A DNA stretch of 63,933 nucleotides, the filler included, from Choristocarpus tenellus KU-1152 (Eukaryota; Protista; Phaeophyceae): NCBI GenBank assembly GCA_964200185.2. It is 11 parts of 11 records of this genome, joined end to end, with 100 filler letters (N's around TTAATTAATTAA, not from the genome) between each part and the next. Parts side by side here need not be neighbours in the genome. Positions count along the whole stretch, not along the records: positions 24,230 to 28,626 come from CAXNAD020014736.1; positions 28,727 to 33,584 come from CAXNAD020012764.1; positions 33,685 to 38,185 come from CAXNAD020014265.1; positions 38,286 to 47,046 come from CAXNAD020004355.1; 7 more parts are not named here. The stretch is one strand, 5' to 3'. Of the stretch, positions 26,694 through 40,334 are shown in pieces (within the stretch, counting starts at the first letter, position 1; each line of letters opens with the position of its first letter). A program made the translations under genes and the position numbers. The notes below the pieces were generated by a model. That model did not search any database, was not told the DNA's origin, and saw only the letters and a program-made list of their open reading frames with translations.

Positions 26694-28726
26694 GTCAACC
26701 GTGTTTTGAAGCTATCCAGAACGCCTCTGTTCTTGTGTAGCGGGCCCCCACTGGTGTCTGTTACACCACTCCATGTTGCAGTACACTGTACTTTGATTCT
26801 ACTCCAGTGCTTTCATACCACAATTGTCAAATCCCCACACACAGCGATAGAGGGGGGATGGGGAAATGCCACCGAAATCAAAACACTGTGAATTGCATAG
26901 AAGTGTCAGTAGTATCATGTAGTCAGACAGTAAGGCGAGGAACATGCTTGTCCCATGATATAACACTCTCTTGGCTATGTATGGCATGGGCAGCACGACT
27001 AGACAAGGCTCTCGGAATAATATGCCAATGGAGTGGAACGGGTTCCGCAACAAGAGATGAAGGCACCCCCCAGCGTTCATTTGTAAATGAGTGCCCTTTG
27101 AACATATAACCCTGTGACCACTCCAGTGACAGTCTCTACTAATAACCTCCAACACATCAATAGGTAGAAGGAGTACAATCGGAATACTAGGGTTAGGGTA
27201 CAGGCCACTCAAAAGAGGAGGTGCCAAACCGACCTCCTTGCAGCTGATCCCTGTAAGTACCACTGCGAGACGGGTGGTTCTGTAGCCATGAGGAATTATC
27301 ATAGTACAATTATCATAGTACAGTGCAGAAGATGATGACAACTACAATCACAACACCCCAAAAGAGGGGAAAGAATGGTACAGGTGTGCCTTGAATACCC
27401 TCTACAATAGCCTCTATGATACCTCCATCCACCTTTTGGTGTAGAGTCTTAATTAGCTTGTGGCAGAAGGGTCACCTCTTGCCCATGTGGTGATGGTGCA
27501 AGGCGGGGCGGGTAACTGTTGCTCAAGACGGAGGGGTGTTGTCAGCTGGTGGAAGAAGGGAGACATAGTAAGACAGTAGGACAGTAGGACAGTAAGACAG
27601 TAGTCAACGGAGATATTGAGTTCTTTTTGGATGTCATGGCAGTGAAAAAACAAACTGGGAGGAAGTGTTTGTGAAAAAAAAACAAACCCAACCCAACCCA
27701 ACAAGCATGAACTGTGATGTAACTAACTTGGGTGAACGGTTACCTGAATCACAAACACTATTTATTTATTTTTCAAATATAGATGAATACACTCCGGACA
27801 TGTTTATCTTGGGCAAGGGCATCCCACTTCCGTCTGGTGGTGAGTGCAGCGGCCTCTGTACTAGCCTACTAGCCTATTGTCGATTAGTGCTGTGTCCTGT
27901 TCAAAGGAATCATGGAGATTGACAACGAGCTCAACAGAAGGGAGATGTGCAGTGTCAGTGTGGGCTGGGATGGGATCGGAGATGGCGGTTCCACGAGAGC
28001 TGAGAGGGTTACTGATGTGAATGAGTTATTAACAAGGATCACAGACACGTAGGAAAATGTGAGGGAGCAATGCCCTGAGTGAGTGAGTTGTAGATGGTCC
28101 TCCTACCCCATGAGACAGTCACCTGTTGGCCCAGAGTCAGAACTACTCCTAGTGTTGGCCAGGAATAACACAGAGGTGGACTGACTGAAAAAGAGGGTGG
28201 AGGAGGTAGTGAGGGAGGCGGCAATGAAGGCAGAGATGATGATGTCGGGGTTGGGAAAGGTGAGGGCGGGGGATATATCTTGGCTTATCTCGAGAGGGTG
28301 GAGAGCCTGGGGCTGTTCCCGATGGCATACTTTGGCATAGGGGATTGGGACAAAAACGTGACCTCACGATACCTGTGTCTCTGAACAGTATGGACCTACT
28401 GGGGTGCAGGAGGGGGGCACAGGTAAAGGGCGAAGTTGCTCTGGAGGTATGGCCAGGCGGAACAAAAGATATGGGGGTCAAAAGAGAGCCTTCCCGTAGC
28501 CACATACCCTCTCTCTTGAATGCACAAAGCTTTGAACGTGATTTAAAAAAAATATGAGAGTGTGAGGATGAGGGGGGCACTGATGGGGGGAGCGAAGTGT
28601 GCTAGCAAGCTCTTGGGGGGGGGGGGNNNNNNNNNNNNNNNNNNNNNNNNNNNNNNNNNNNNNNNNNNNNTTAATTAATTAANNNNNNNNNNNNNNNNNN
28701 NNNNNNNNNNNNNNNNNNNNNNNNNN

Positions 28727-28963
28727 GGTAGGAGCGCGTCCATTTGGGGGTCAAAATCCAATGTTGCAATTTGATGTAATTTTATCTGTCGTGTTTGTTA
28801 GAAAGTGTCAATATCTATGTTTCGGACACACCTTTTCACAACGTACACATTTTACCCACTTGGAAACATTTCGGAGTAGGAAAATGTCATAAAAACCCAT
28901 GGGAAGCCAAGCCCCAAATGGACAAACAGGGCAAATCTCGTACCCTCTAAGATACTTTCACTC
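28727..28963 (+). mobile_element. MITE family B, 5' end cut by the contig start; near-identical to 45863-46113
   Basis: Shares diagnostic variants (ttacccacttggaaacattt, gcaaatctcg) with that copy. Confidence 0.9.
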
Positions 28964-28999
28964 AACTTATCCTTCACAGGTCGTGAATGATTGGAGACT

Positions 29000-29900
29000 C
29001 TTGATTAATACTGATCCCCACTCGTAGAACTCAAGTATTTTTCTTCACCTTCTGCTTCAGATTGGACATGGCATCAACTAGAAGAAGCCTTGTGTGTACG
29101 GATGTTTTTGTTTCTATTTCGAGCATTCCTTGGGTTCCCCAAAACCTGTCGACCAAAATTCCTTCATCACAGGCCAAGAACAATCACCGAGATCCCCATT
29201 TTTTCCAGTGTCCAGAGCATCTTGACGTCGTCATACTTCGTTAGAGACTGACTGATAAACTCAGAGACAGGCCAACGTACGTGCACCAACTCAGCCTTTC
29301 GAGTTTAGGTGTTCTTTTGTTCATGTTCAACCAATTCTGACGTTGAATTTTTCGTCATTGCTCGGGAATGACAAACTGACACTCCTCGTCACTGCCAGTC
29401 TGCATTCACTTGGGCTCGATCATGCGCCTACAACTTCTTCCTAGCAATGAGCCATACCTTAGGTAACAAAAGGCCTACTACTGATAAAAAAAGATTGACA
29501 GCCAAGACACGGCTCACAACCGAGCCAAACTTTGGCGTCATCAAATATTGACACATTGAGAACAACATCTGAGACTGCAATATTTATTAGTCTGTACGCA
29601 TTGGCGTTTTCACCTCGCTGCCCACATTTTGTCTGAGTGCCAGAGAAACAGTTGACAAGAGGCAGCCCTTATTGCGTTGCCATGCCCCCATTGAGCACAG
29701 CTCAATGTCTTGTCCAGAGACAAGACTGTTCAGTTTCTACAACTTGGTAGCACTCCTTTACAGCCTCACTGAGGGGAGCCCACAGACACCTTGTCGACCA
29801 GGTCAAAAAAAGTGTCGAGCGAGAAGGGGGATATGCCACTATTCAAGGGAACTATTCCCCTGCACATAATGCTCTTTACACTTTAGCATAAGCACATTGG
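29000..29900 (-). pseudogene. Possible decayed hAT (ZNF862-like) transposase
   Basis: ANAYRLINIAVSD (C.AHRL.LAV.D-like) followed by VHVRW...LTKY (TRW-like); no intact ORF. Confidence 0.35.
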
Positions 29901-30515
29901 CCACAGAAGTCTCCATGAGTGTCAAATATATATTTTCTGGTGGTGATATGATTGGTTGAACTGGTTTGACGCGCAACAAAGATTGTATCTAGGTGTCCCT
30001 TACTCTTTCACTACCCACTGGTACGCCATGCGTATCCACATATTCGATAATTGGTATTAACTATATAGGCCTTTTTCAGAATTCGAATTTATGAAACGTT
30101 TTGCGGTTATATTCCTATGGCCCTCCCCCCTACACCACTACATGTATATCTCTGTTCTTTTTGGTACCCAATACGAATATTGAATGTCGACAGTTGAGAG
30201 AAGCTCCCAAGCGCAGCATGATGTTAAGGAGCTCCACCCTAGTACGGTAGTACCACTTAGCACTGGTGCTTGCTTTTGGTCGGCTGCACTAGTGCAACAT
30301 CAGGTGGAACCTTGGGTAGGCAATCTATAGGTTGCACTAGAGGTGCACGCGCACGTCCTTTGTGGGCTACACTACCTGAGTCTGCTATTGCGAAGTTTCG
30401 TAAGGGTCGTTCAAACCCGCCCTTTTTTCTATTTCCATCCTCGGTTCCACGCCTTGCTACGACCTCCAATCTATTGCTGTGGGTTTCAATGATAAGAAGT
30501 TCGGGAAATGCATCA

Positions 30516-32940
30516 ATGGAGGCTACCTACAAGCTGGTGATGGGAGTGGTTGTGTTATTGGGATTGCCCCGTGCTGGAACCGCATCCATATGTGAAGTGG
30601 GAGAATCAGGGATACTGCTTCCATTATTTGGTGATGCTGAACAAGAATGGCCCAAGAACATTCGGGCGTTGCTTTACCTTATCGGATTATTGTGGTCATT
30701 CATCGGTGTTGGCATCGTAGCCGATGTCTTCATGTCGTCCATTGAGGTCATCACCTCCCAAGAGAAGAAAGTGGAACTAGATGATGGCTCCTTAACGACA
30801 GTAAAGGTGAAGGCATCCAGTCCAGACAAATGCAACTCCTGCCTGTTTAAGTATGACAAGTGGAACGAATCTTTGGGAGGAAAATTAGCTTTGCTCCCCT
30901 CCTCTACCCAAGGCACTAGGAGTAAGCTTCAGAGTTTTGTCGATAATTACGTTGACCTTTGTTGCTTCGATGATATCATTCTGCTTGTTGGACCTATTAA
31001 TCTCTTATTCGGCAGCAGTGCTATCCTCAGCTGCAGCATTATCCAAACATTGTCATATTGTTGCGTCAAGGTGTGGAATGGCACAGTGGCCAACCTAACT
31101 CTCATGGCTCTGGGATCTTCGGCTCCAGAAATCCTTCTTTCTGTTATTGAGATCATGGGAAGAAGCTACTTCTCAGGGGAGTTGGTGAGCACATGATACC
31201 CTTGAGGGACAGTATGAGAGGGCCTCACAAGCTCCTCCGTTCTCCTTATGTGTCCAAGGCTGTTCTCCTGTTCAAATTTGCTGGTCGATTTTTTTTTTAT
31301 GTTCTGAGGAGTACAAACATATATCCTGTTTGAGTCAAAGTATCTTTGAGGGTAGAGCCACGTCCATTTGGGGGCCAAAGTCAAATGTTGATATTTTGAT
31401 GTAATTTTGGCTGTCGTGTTTGTTAGGAGATGTCAATATCCTTGTTCCGAACACACGTTTTCATAATGTATACATATTACCTATTCCAAACCATATCGGA
31501 TTAGGTAGCATGTCATTAAAAACCCGTGGGAAGCCAAGCCCCAAATGGACAAACAGGGCAAAACTCGTACCCTCTAAGATACTTTCACTCGTGGAAATCT
31601 GTACCTCTTTAATCTCAGCAGGGCTCGTTCAGACACAAGAATTGCAGTAGAAACAAACAATCAGCCATTCACAAACCACAAATCAGAAACAATGGTCTCA
31701 AACCAAGAGTGCATGTCTACTTGGTGAAGCACATATCCTAATCCTTCTAGCAGACATTGTAGAACTGTCACTATAATTTTTCACCACACAAATCAGCACC
31801 TCACCCTCTTGGGCTTGCATTCCTCTATTCATACTCCACTCCTCTCTGACCCCAGTCAATTCCTTGTGCGATATGTCCATGTGCCTTGGATTATCCAGGG
31901 CCCGTCCACAATTGTGGGCTCTGCGGCGTTCAACCAGCTCGTAATAATTGCAGTGTGTGTGCTGGCCATCCCTGCACCGGGAATTCGCAAAATCAATGAC
32001 ACTTATGTGTTTTCTATCACTGCCTTCTTCTCCCTCTTCGCCTATGCCTGGGTACTCTTCATCCTGATGGTGCTCACTCCAAACTTAGTGACCATTTCGG
32101 AGGCGCTGGCAACGTTCATCTTCTTCCCTGTCCTCGTCATGTTGGCCTACCTTGCAGATACCAAGTGGTTCTCAAAACGTGCAGTGATGCCCTCACATCT
32201 TGTTAAGAGTGAGCTGAGGTTCACTTTGTTCTCTATCAAGAGTCCAGTAGTGTGACAAGAATGTGTATTTGTTGGGGGGGGGGGGAGGGGATNNNNNNNN
32301 NNGGGGGGGGGTTGGTTGTTTTTGGTTTCATAGGAGGGGCGGGGGGGGGGAGAGGGGGGGTGTGGGGGGGGGGGGGGGGGGGGGGGGATGAGAGTAGAGG
32401 ATGCAAGGCTAAGTATACAAGATCAACATTTCCTATGCATCAATATCCACATTTGAGGTGCTTTGCTTTGAGGTTTTAGGGTGAAGAAGGGTCTAAGGGG
32501 CATAAGCATTGATGGAGGGGAATCCTCCATATCAACAGTGAGAAAACGTAGACCAGTGTATAGGCACTTGGGAGATTAGGGCAGTTTTATGCTGAGTCTT
32601 CGGATCTAGTTCCACCTATGTCTGTGTTCAGTTGGAGATGCACCAATAGGAAGTTTCAATGAGTGAGGTATATCCCACCCCCTTTCTTGCCCCCCAAATA
32701 CTTCTGTATTCTCCTGTTTTCATCTCCTCGTCATTTAGGTATACCACGTGACCCTGGTCAATCTTCCTCCTCAATTCCTCATGCCCTGATCTCTGTACAA
32801 ATCTCTGCCATACAGTTGGAGGGCCAAGGGAATTCAAGTCCCATGAGATATCGGTGATACTGGGCAGGCTAGGGCATAAGAAGAAGGAGAAGGTTAACCC
32901 TGATGAGGCCTTGCTGATGATGAACAACCTTATGCCAAAG
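30516..32940 (+). CDS. Na+/Ca2+ exchanger (NCX/SLC8-like), 5' part; exons 30516-30806, 31071-31184, 31899-32208, 32816-32940; 3' end lies beyond the contig
   Basis: FMSSIEVITSQEK, VWNGTVANLTLMALGSSAPEILLSVIE and GELGPSTIVGSAAFN alpha-1 repeat; signal-peptide-like N-terminus; all introns GT-AG and phase-consistent. Confidence 0.95.
31332..31590 (+). mobile_element. MITE family B, full length, in NCX intron 2
   Basis: gagtcaaagtatctttgagggta...taccctctaagatactttcactc. Confidence 0.92.
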
Positions 32941-33684
32941 GTTGCCTAATACTTTCGATACACAGCTCCCGTAGTTGATGTCTATTGTCATGGAGAAGAC
33001 AACAAGGGGCAAACCTGGAATGCCAAGTTACTCATTTGTAGGCCTTGGGGGGGAAATTGTACTTCATCATTGGAGGACAGAGGAGGTGTACTTTGTGGCC
33101 TTGGGCCAGTATTGAGGAGCACACACAGGGGGTTAATGGTGATACTAGCTTACAATACATTTTTAGGATATTCAAACTAAGACTATGGGCCAAGGAACTG
33201 GGTCCTGCACGTATGGAATGATGTGGGTTGATATGGATTGAAAGCTACCAATGATTGAAGCACATGGTTTTCTACTTGATTTGTGTTCCTCTGTAGATAT
33301 TCTAATATTAGTATTGTGGAGATGTAAGGAGCAGGGGATGCCACAATATGGGTGAGTCCTATTGTCCCACTGAGAAAAACATGAGTCATGCCATTGGTCT
33401 AACCCTAGCCCTTTCTTCACAGATGAGACCAAGCCTCTCAACCTTGATACAGCTCTTGAACACTGCATGATCTCAGAAAAAGCATTCCAAGTAAGAGCAA
33501 TGGAAAGTCTCCTATCCTTCACCCCCTCCCCTCCTTAATTTTTATTGCCCCCCCCTCCAAGCCAGCGCCCGCCCCAGGTTTGTGNNNNNNNNNNNNNNNN
33601 NNNNNNNNNNNNNNNNNNNNNNNNNNNNTTAATTAATTAANNNNNNNNNNNNNNNNNNNNNNNNNNNNNNNNNNNNNNNNNNNN

Positions 33685-33823
33685 AGGGTGTCCATTTGGG
33701 TCAAAATCAGGAAAAGTGCATCTACATTATCTATCCGAAGTATGCAACCAAATCACCCAAAAATTGCGACTTAAAAACTTGACCCCAAATGGACAGCCAC
33801 CCCTCCCCCAGATACTTTGGGCC
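33685..33823 (-). mobile_element. MITE family A, truncated by the contig start
   Basis: Reverse complement of the consensus; ends cccagatactttgggcc. Confidence 0.85.
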
Positions 33824-35180
33824 ATTTCTATGTAGGTTGACGAATCGTGATATCAAGTTTTGGCTTGGGTCTTAATTTCAGTCTCTTAACCGTGTTCCAT
33901 GTCAGATTTCTCTTCAAGGAAATTTGATTTGGGCAAACCACAGGTGGTGACAAATACAATAGAGGGAAGGGCAGACCTGACCTACTTGATAGATTGATTA
34001 TATCACATTAGTTCAACAAGTAATGCAACGATAGTTCGAGTTTATGTCTCTTCCTTCCTCACACGGACTTCCTCTATTTTGATATATATGTTTATCTCTC
34101 AGTTGGGCGTGTTCTTGTTTATCTATTGTACAATTAATCTCTAATGATGCGAGAAGACTCAATATCCGATGTTTGGAAGTGAGGACCAAACAATGGTGGG
34201 GAGGGGGGGGAAATCAAGTCCTCTTTCCAGAACATCTGTTTGTTCCAGAACTATCTCTAACTCTTCTCTTTCATTCCACATCTATTCCTCATCTCTGGTA
34301 TTTTTGCTTTGTCCCCAGAAAACCTCACTCATTCCACATTGGTCCAATAACATCCCTATTCACTCGTATAATAATATCACGTACCCCCAGGAAATGTTCC
34401 ATTGTCCCTGACAATATCCCACTGGTAGTGTTGGGTCACTGAAATCAGTCACTCATCTGTCCTACTGCAGTCTCGTGTGGAAACGTTGTCGGATACTTTC
34501 TCCTGGAGGTCCTAGGTAATACTCTGTTCTTCTCCCACAATACCCGAAGCATCCCTGGTACATCACTACGACAAGTCATTGGAATGCAGTAATGCAAAGG
34601 GGCTGTCACTTCCTACCTATACTGTACCACAATCTCCACAAATACACTCTTTGAGTTGTACGTGGGATACACGACTAATAATGTGCGGACGTGGAGAGAA
34701 GAGGTTGAGGGATGAATGGGCTGTGTTAAAGAAGCTATGTTTCCAACAGTTGTGTGTACAAATGACTTGATCAATTCCTTATTGAGTTGGGCAGATTGTA
34801 GATGAAGTGAGGAAGGAGGAAGGGGGAGCGAGTCTTCAAGTCCAAGGGGGGTCTCTCCTACCAAATCTATCCTATCCTATGGACCACTGATCACTAATCA
34901 CAGATTACTTGCTACGATAATTCCTGAACCCTTCCATGTTCTACTTCATTATCCCACACTTATCTCCCATCCTTCAGAATACAAACTTGTTCTCATCAAA
35001 CAACTGATTAATACTTACATAATCTACCCCTACGCAAGATAGAAAGCATATTCTTCGCACCCTCCCCTGGTTTTGAACTTCTAGTGAAAAAGGAATACCT
35101 CGATCGGTCTTACAACACATGTCATGAACACAAAATCACTCTCACTTCATTCTACGCATGATAACCACTGCAATGCCCAT

Positions 35181-35440
35181 GATGGATAATATCTTAGAGG
35201 GTGGAGTCGCGTCCATTTGGTGGCCACAATCCAATGTTGCAATGTTGATGTAATTTTGGCTATCGTGTATTGTTAGGAAGTATCAATATCCTTATTCCAG
35301 ACACACCCTTTCATAATGTATACATTTTACCTACTTCGACATATTTTCGATTAGGCAAGTGTCATAAATAAACCCATGGGAAGTCAAGGCCCAAACGGAC
35401 AAACAGGGTAAACCTCGTACCCTCTAAGATACGTTCACTC
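35181..35440 (+). mobile_element. MITE family B abutting the Copia RNase H end
   Basis: Consensus match; ends taagatacgttcactc. Confidence 0.88.
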
Positions 35441-37320
35441 CCATTGAATAGATTAATTCCTTTGACAGACCCTTCGTAAACAGATCCGTATGTTGGCACT
35501 CCGTAGGTAAATATACAATTGCAATCTTTCCTTCCCTCTCGAGCTGGCGTACATAGTGGTACAGTGTACCTATGCGCTTTATTTTCCCTCTGGATACTGG
35601 CTTCCGAGCAATCTTAATTGCACCATCGTTATCCCCAAACACTGCTATAGGGTAGTCCTTACCAAGTGGTTGCATGAATCTATGTACCTGCTTAAGGAAC
35701 ATACTCTCTTTCCCCAACTCACACAGTACAACATACTTAGCCATAACTGTAGACAGTGTAACCGCTTTATGCATTCTAGACCACCGGCCAATAACACGTC
35801 CTCCTCCAAACATCACAACACCACCACAGCCAGACGATCTACTCTCCCTGTACAGTTAGCACAGTCACCATTTGCATAGTCAATTAGCTGGTCCCTAGGT
35901 CCATCCCCGTACAAGTCAAAGTCTCCAAAGATAATGCCATCCTCTCTGGTACCTAGCAGATATGCCATAGGGCCACTCTCTCGGCATTCAGCCAATCACA
36001 CCAACTTGGGTTCTCCACACAATATGTCAACTCTCGAACTGCAAAAGACAATCAGGCCTCTAGCTGTTATTGATGTCCACTCTATCCCACCAACCACCGA
36101 TCTGTAGTCATCTGGAACAGGCCCCTCCTGCTCCAATCTCCTGGTGATTGATGGTAGTTCCAAAGTTGTGCTAATCTCATGTCCTTCCGCCAGGTCTCTT
36201 ATGTACAAGCTCTGGTCCACCACAAGTGTCTTAGCCTTCCTGTTCCTCCTGATCCTGCAGCCCATGATCTTAGTCATCTCACCCAAATTCATCACCGGGA
36301 ACTTCTTGTTCAGTCCCTCAACGACACCAAAGGTATAGCCTGCCCCTGATTCCTCTACCATCAACATTTCATCCACATGGACCATCGTGATTATCACAGC
36401 CTTATCATCCACTATCGATCTGAGTAAACATGAATCTGCCTCAGACTGTTCCAATCCCAGGTCCAGCAAAGCATCTACCAGAAGAAATTGTTACAACGTG
36501 CTCCGCAAGGCGAACTCCAAGTTCCAAACTCTCCGCAACCTTACCAATATGGGCTATGCAGCTCCAATCCTAAGGATGTATGTGGAACATGAAGCTCGCA
36601 CAAGGCTTCATAAAGTAAATGTCACCAAGTATGATGGATCTCTCTCTTCGAGTAATCACTTCGTAAGTATCATCATGACATAAAAAGGGACTGGCAACGA
36701 TGTACCACCTTTATGGGGCACATCAAAATGACAAACTAATAAAAAAATAGTCAAATATATCAAACCTAGGACTTCAAGGTCATAATGGCGTTTCTGATAC
36801 CGCCATCAAGATATATCGGCTATTACAAAGGATCCAGTCCAGAGACGCCTGGAATATCCCATACCGGAATTTCTTCAGCAATCCCACTGCTCCATCAAAC
36901 TTTGCCTTACCCTCTGGACGTTAGTTCCACATAGGGCATCTCCTCCAGGACAGCCCGAGTCAAGGCCTTCTTCCAATCACAATGAATCAACACATACTTC
37001 AGCTTCGCCGGCAACACAAGTAGCATGCGAAGAGAAGCGTGAATAGGTGCAGGTGCAAACCGACTCAAAGCAATCCTCCCCCCTCCTCTGCCTAAATCTC
37101 TGCACAACCAACCTGGCTTTGTACCTGTCCATTTCTCCATTTGCATCCACCTTCCGGGTGAACACTATCTTAGTTCCAACCACCGTGTGGCCATCTGTTG
37201 GGCGAGGTACTTGAATCCACATTCCCCTCCAGTCCAAGTCGATATCATCCTCATCCAGAGGCCCTTTCCATCGTCCGACTCCATTGCCTCTCTCATCATC
37301 TTGGGTTGAGGTGGTATAGT
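35441..37320 (-). mobile_element. Decayed Ty1/Copia pol (RT and RNase H)
   Basis: RYKARLVVQRFRQ, KKFRYGIFQAS, SEADSCL, VHVDEML, YRSVVG, YANGDCA and GDNDGAI...YHYVRQ...QHTDLFTKGL; frameshifted. Confidence 0.93.
36485..36828 (+). repeat. ~340-bp repeat inserted into the Copia RT; second copy at about 37810-38090
   Basis: Shared aaaagggact(g/a)gca(a/c)cgatgtacca and caaatatatcaaa(c/t)ctaggacttcaaggtcataatgg. Confidence 0.75.
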
Positions 37321-39104
37321 GGTTCCAATAGCTTATGCCTCTGGGTTTGTCCCACTATAACTTTTGATGTAGACATCGGATTAATAAATATATATATATA
37401 TGCATATTCGTGATGCCCCCGTCACAAGGCCCTCCAGAGTAGTGGCTTCGCTTTTTTTTCGATTTTTTTGCTTTTTCGAAGAAAGAGCGCTCATATTGGG
37501 GTTCGAACCCAGGATTATAGGTCGCCAAGAATGGCAACAGATTTACTATTACCTGATTGAAGTATACTTGGTTAGGGAGGAAAAAACGCCACCCAAACGA
37601 ATGACCCAGGGAATGAATGCTAAATATAAATGTAACTCTTGTCTCCATCTGCTACTAGGAATTCCGAATGTGCTGGGTGCCTATGAGATTTGTACCTCTT
37701 GTACTCCTTGTCGGCTTCCGGTCCAGTGGCAGCCGTCTTTAAGTAGACAAGATGGTGCGTGTACGTCTTCTTGCAGTACTATTACAGCACGCTCCAGAAG
37801 CTTACCTCCACAGGATGTATAGCTCCAATCTACAGGCCTATAGATGACGCTGATGCACGTATAGGACTCCTAATGCATAAGTCGTCAAATATGCGGGATC
37901 TCTCACTTGGATTATTCCCTTCATAAGTGTGGTCCATATCGTCATATTAAAAGGGACTAGCACCGATGTACCATGTGGGGGTATGAAAATAACTAAATAG
38001 TCAAGAAGCACAAATATATCAAATCTAGGACTTCAAGGTCATAATGGTGTTTATGAAACCCCTATCACTACATATCGCCTGTAACAGTACTTCCGCACGA
38101 GCAAAACAGTCTGCCTATAACAGGGGAATCTCAAAATTGAGGAAGGCGCGGGACTATGAGGATGGTTTTTTTGCGAAAACGGTCTNNNNNNNNNNNNNNN
38201 NNNNNNNNNNNNNNNNNNNNNNNNNNNNNTTAATTAATTAANNNNNNNNNNNNNNNNNNNNNNNNNNNNNNNNNNNNNNNNNNNNCCCCCCACAATCCCC
38301 CCCCCCCCCAACAGATATTTTGTCCTAAAAGAGCTTTTAATATATATAAGGCATCCGCAAGTCTACAGTATATGCTCGATAGTAGAAAACTAGGCTATGG
38401 CCGCAGCCTTCCACTTCACACCTTTCTCTCTCTTGAAAAAAACAACACATGGCATCCTTTACCATGATTTTCGGCTGTCCATCCAAAAAGGGTGCATTCT
38501 CTCACCGAAATATGAACCCACTCAGTTGCCGTAACGTCGTCTCAACGGACCTGTAAGAGCTGTCATTTGATGTGTGGGACATCGATTGCAGACGAAGCAC
38601 CTGAAAGGACCGCTGTGTGTCCTAAGAAAGTCAGACAAGAGTTTTTGAGGAGCTTGATGTGGAAAGGGGTGAAGTTATTGATGCGTGGACACGATGTTGA
38701 AACCTGAATCGAATGCGTCGTACATGTCGGCAAAATGCGTAGACTGCTAGCGATGAGGAATCATGGTGTTGCAAAGCACTGATGAGTGATATGCGTAGTC
38801 TATGTTATGGATAGGTGTGATTGTGCTGCAAAGCATCGATGTATTTATTCTGTTGTAGCTGAGGTCATTGATCTCTCAGTCAAGAATGATGCGATGTGGA
38901 TTCAGTATTCTTGGTTGCTCAATCCAGAATGATGTGGTGTAAATTCAGTGTTCTTGCATGGGGTACTCAACGAACGAAAGAAGTCCATGCTCTGTTGTGG
39001 AGAGGCTTGTTACCTTGGCTGGCAAGGGTTTCCATGGATGGTTTTAACTTTGATTATATTACATCCATGTGTGTTTTTGATACACAGTTTGCAGAGTGGC
39101 GTTG

Positions 39105-39361
39105 GAGTGAAAGTATCTTAGAGGGTACGAGTTCCGCCCTGTTTGTCCGTTTGGGGCTTGGCTTCCCACACATTTTTTTATGACATTTTACCTACTCTAA
39201 AATGTTTTGGAGCAGGTAAAATGTATACGTTATGATGTGGGTCCAGAACAAGGGTATTGACACCTCCTAACAAACACAATAGCCAAAATTACATCAAAAT
39301 TGCAACATCTGACTCTGGCCCCCAAATGGACGCGGTTCTACCCTCTAAGATACGTTGACTC
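39105..39361 (-). mobile_element. MITE family B, full length
   Basis: gagtgaaagtatcttagagggta...taccctctaagatacgttgactc. Confidence 0.92.
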
Positions 39362-40233
39362 ATATACGAATCACTAATTCCCAGCGGAACTTGTGAAATA
39401 AAACAACAGCGTGACACACAAAGAACAGATCGGGAATGTGAGCGTACGAATGGCTAGGAAGAACTACCTAGGCAACGTCTTTACCATGGCGGTCAAAAAC
39501 CACTCATTTACGACTCTAGGTGGATGATGTGGAGGTCAGAGACAACTCTTTGCACAAATGAAGGATGATGGTTCCCTCGGAGCCACAGATGCCATCACAC
39601 CCACGGAGACCTCGAGGCCAAGAGGAACAAAATCCTGTAGACGCCGAATGAAGACAAGCCCAAGTAGCAAAAAAAATCCAGGCGGACGTAGGAAGCTACA
39701 AAGAATCCTAAATGTTGAGGTGAATACGGAGTATTCTCTCCAGTTTGAAGAGAGTCGGTAGGACCTCCATTTTACAGCGTTCCCCCCAGAACTCACCTCC
39801 ATTTAATTCAAATCCAACGACCTTAAAACGACGCTACACGGGGGTTCAAAGATGATGACCCCGTATGGTGTCAGTTGATGCTTAGCTCAGTCAATGTCTC
39901 ACTTTTCGCTTTATCAAAAGAGGGTAAGGACCAAAGAACTTAGTCGTGTGGTCAACAACATAGCCTTTTATTAACATCATTCACCGTTTTTCTACAGCCA
40001 AAGAGTTGAATGAAGTCTGCAAACTGCTGTGTAAATACTCCAATCATAAATCTTTATTCTGCAACTTTCAGGAATTGACATCTATTCTGTAATATTATGT
40101 ATGCATTTCGAATCTTACTCTGCATCTTCTATCAATTCAAAATTCCTCTTATATGAATTCGTACGTATGTATACTGTTCGCGCATTTTGGCACGCAGAAA
40201 GAAATACTCGCGCTATTCACCTGTAACAGTTGA

Positions 40234-40334
40234 TATTTCCTAACAAACATGATTGCCATAATTACATCAAAATTGCAACATTGGATTTTGGCCCGGAAAT
40301 GGACGCGGCTCTACCCTCTAAGATACATTGACTC
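40234..40334 (-). mobile_element. MITE family B fragment
   Basis: One TIR plus about 80 bp of internal sequence. Confidence 0.8.

Noticed and set aside
30270-30515. Longer N-terminus for NCX
   Set aside because: Non-ATG ORF start; the ATG at 30516 gives a signal-peptide-like start typical of NCX
38400-39100. LINE RT relic on the minus strand (FADMYDAFDS)
   Set aside because: One motif only; too decayed to call
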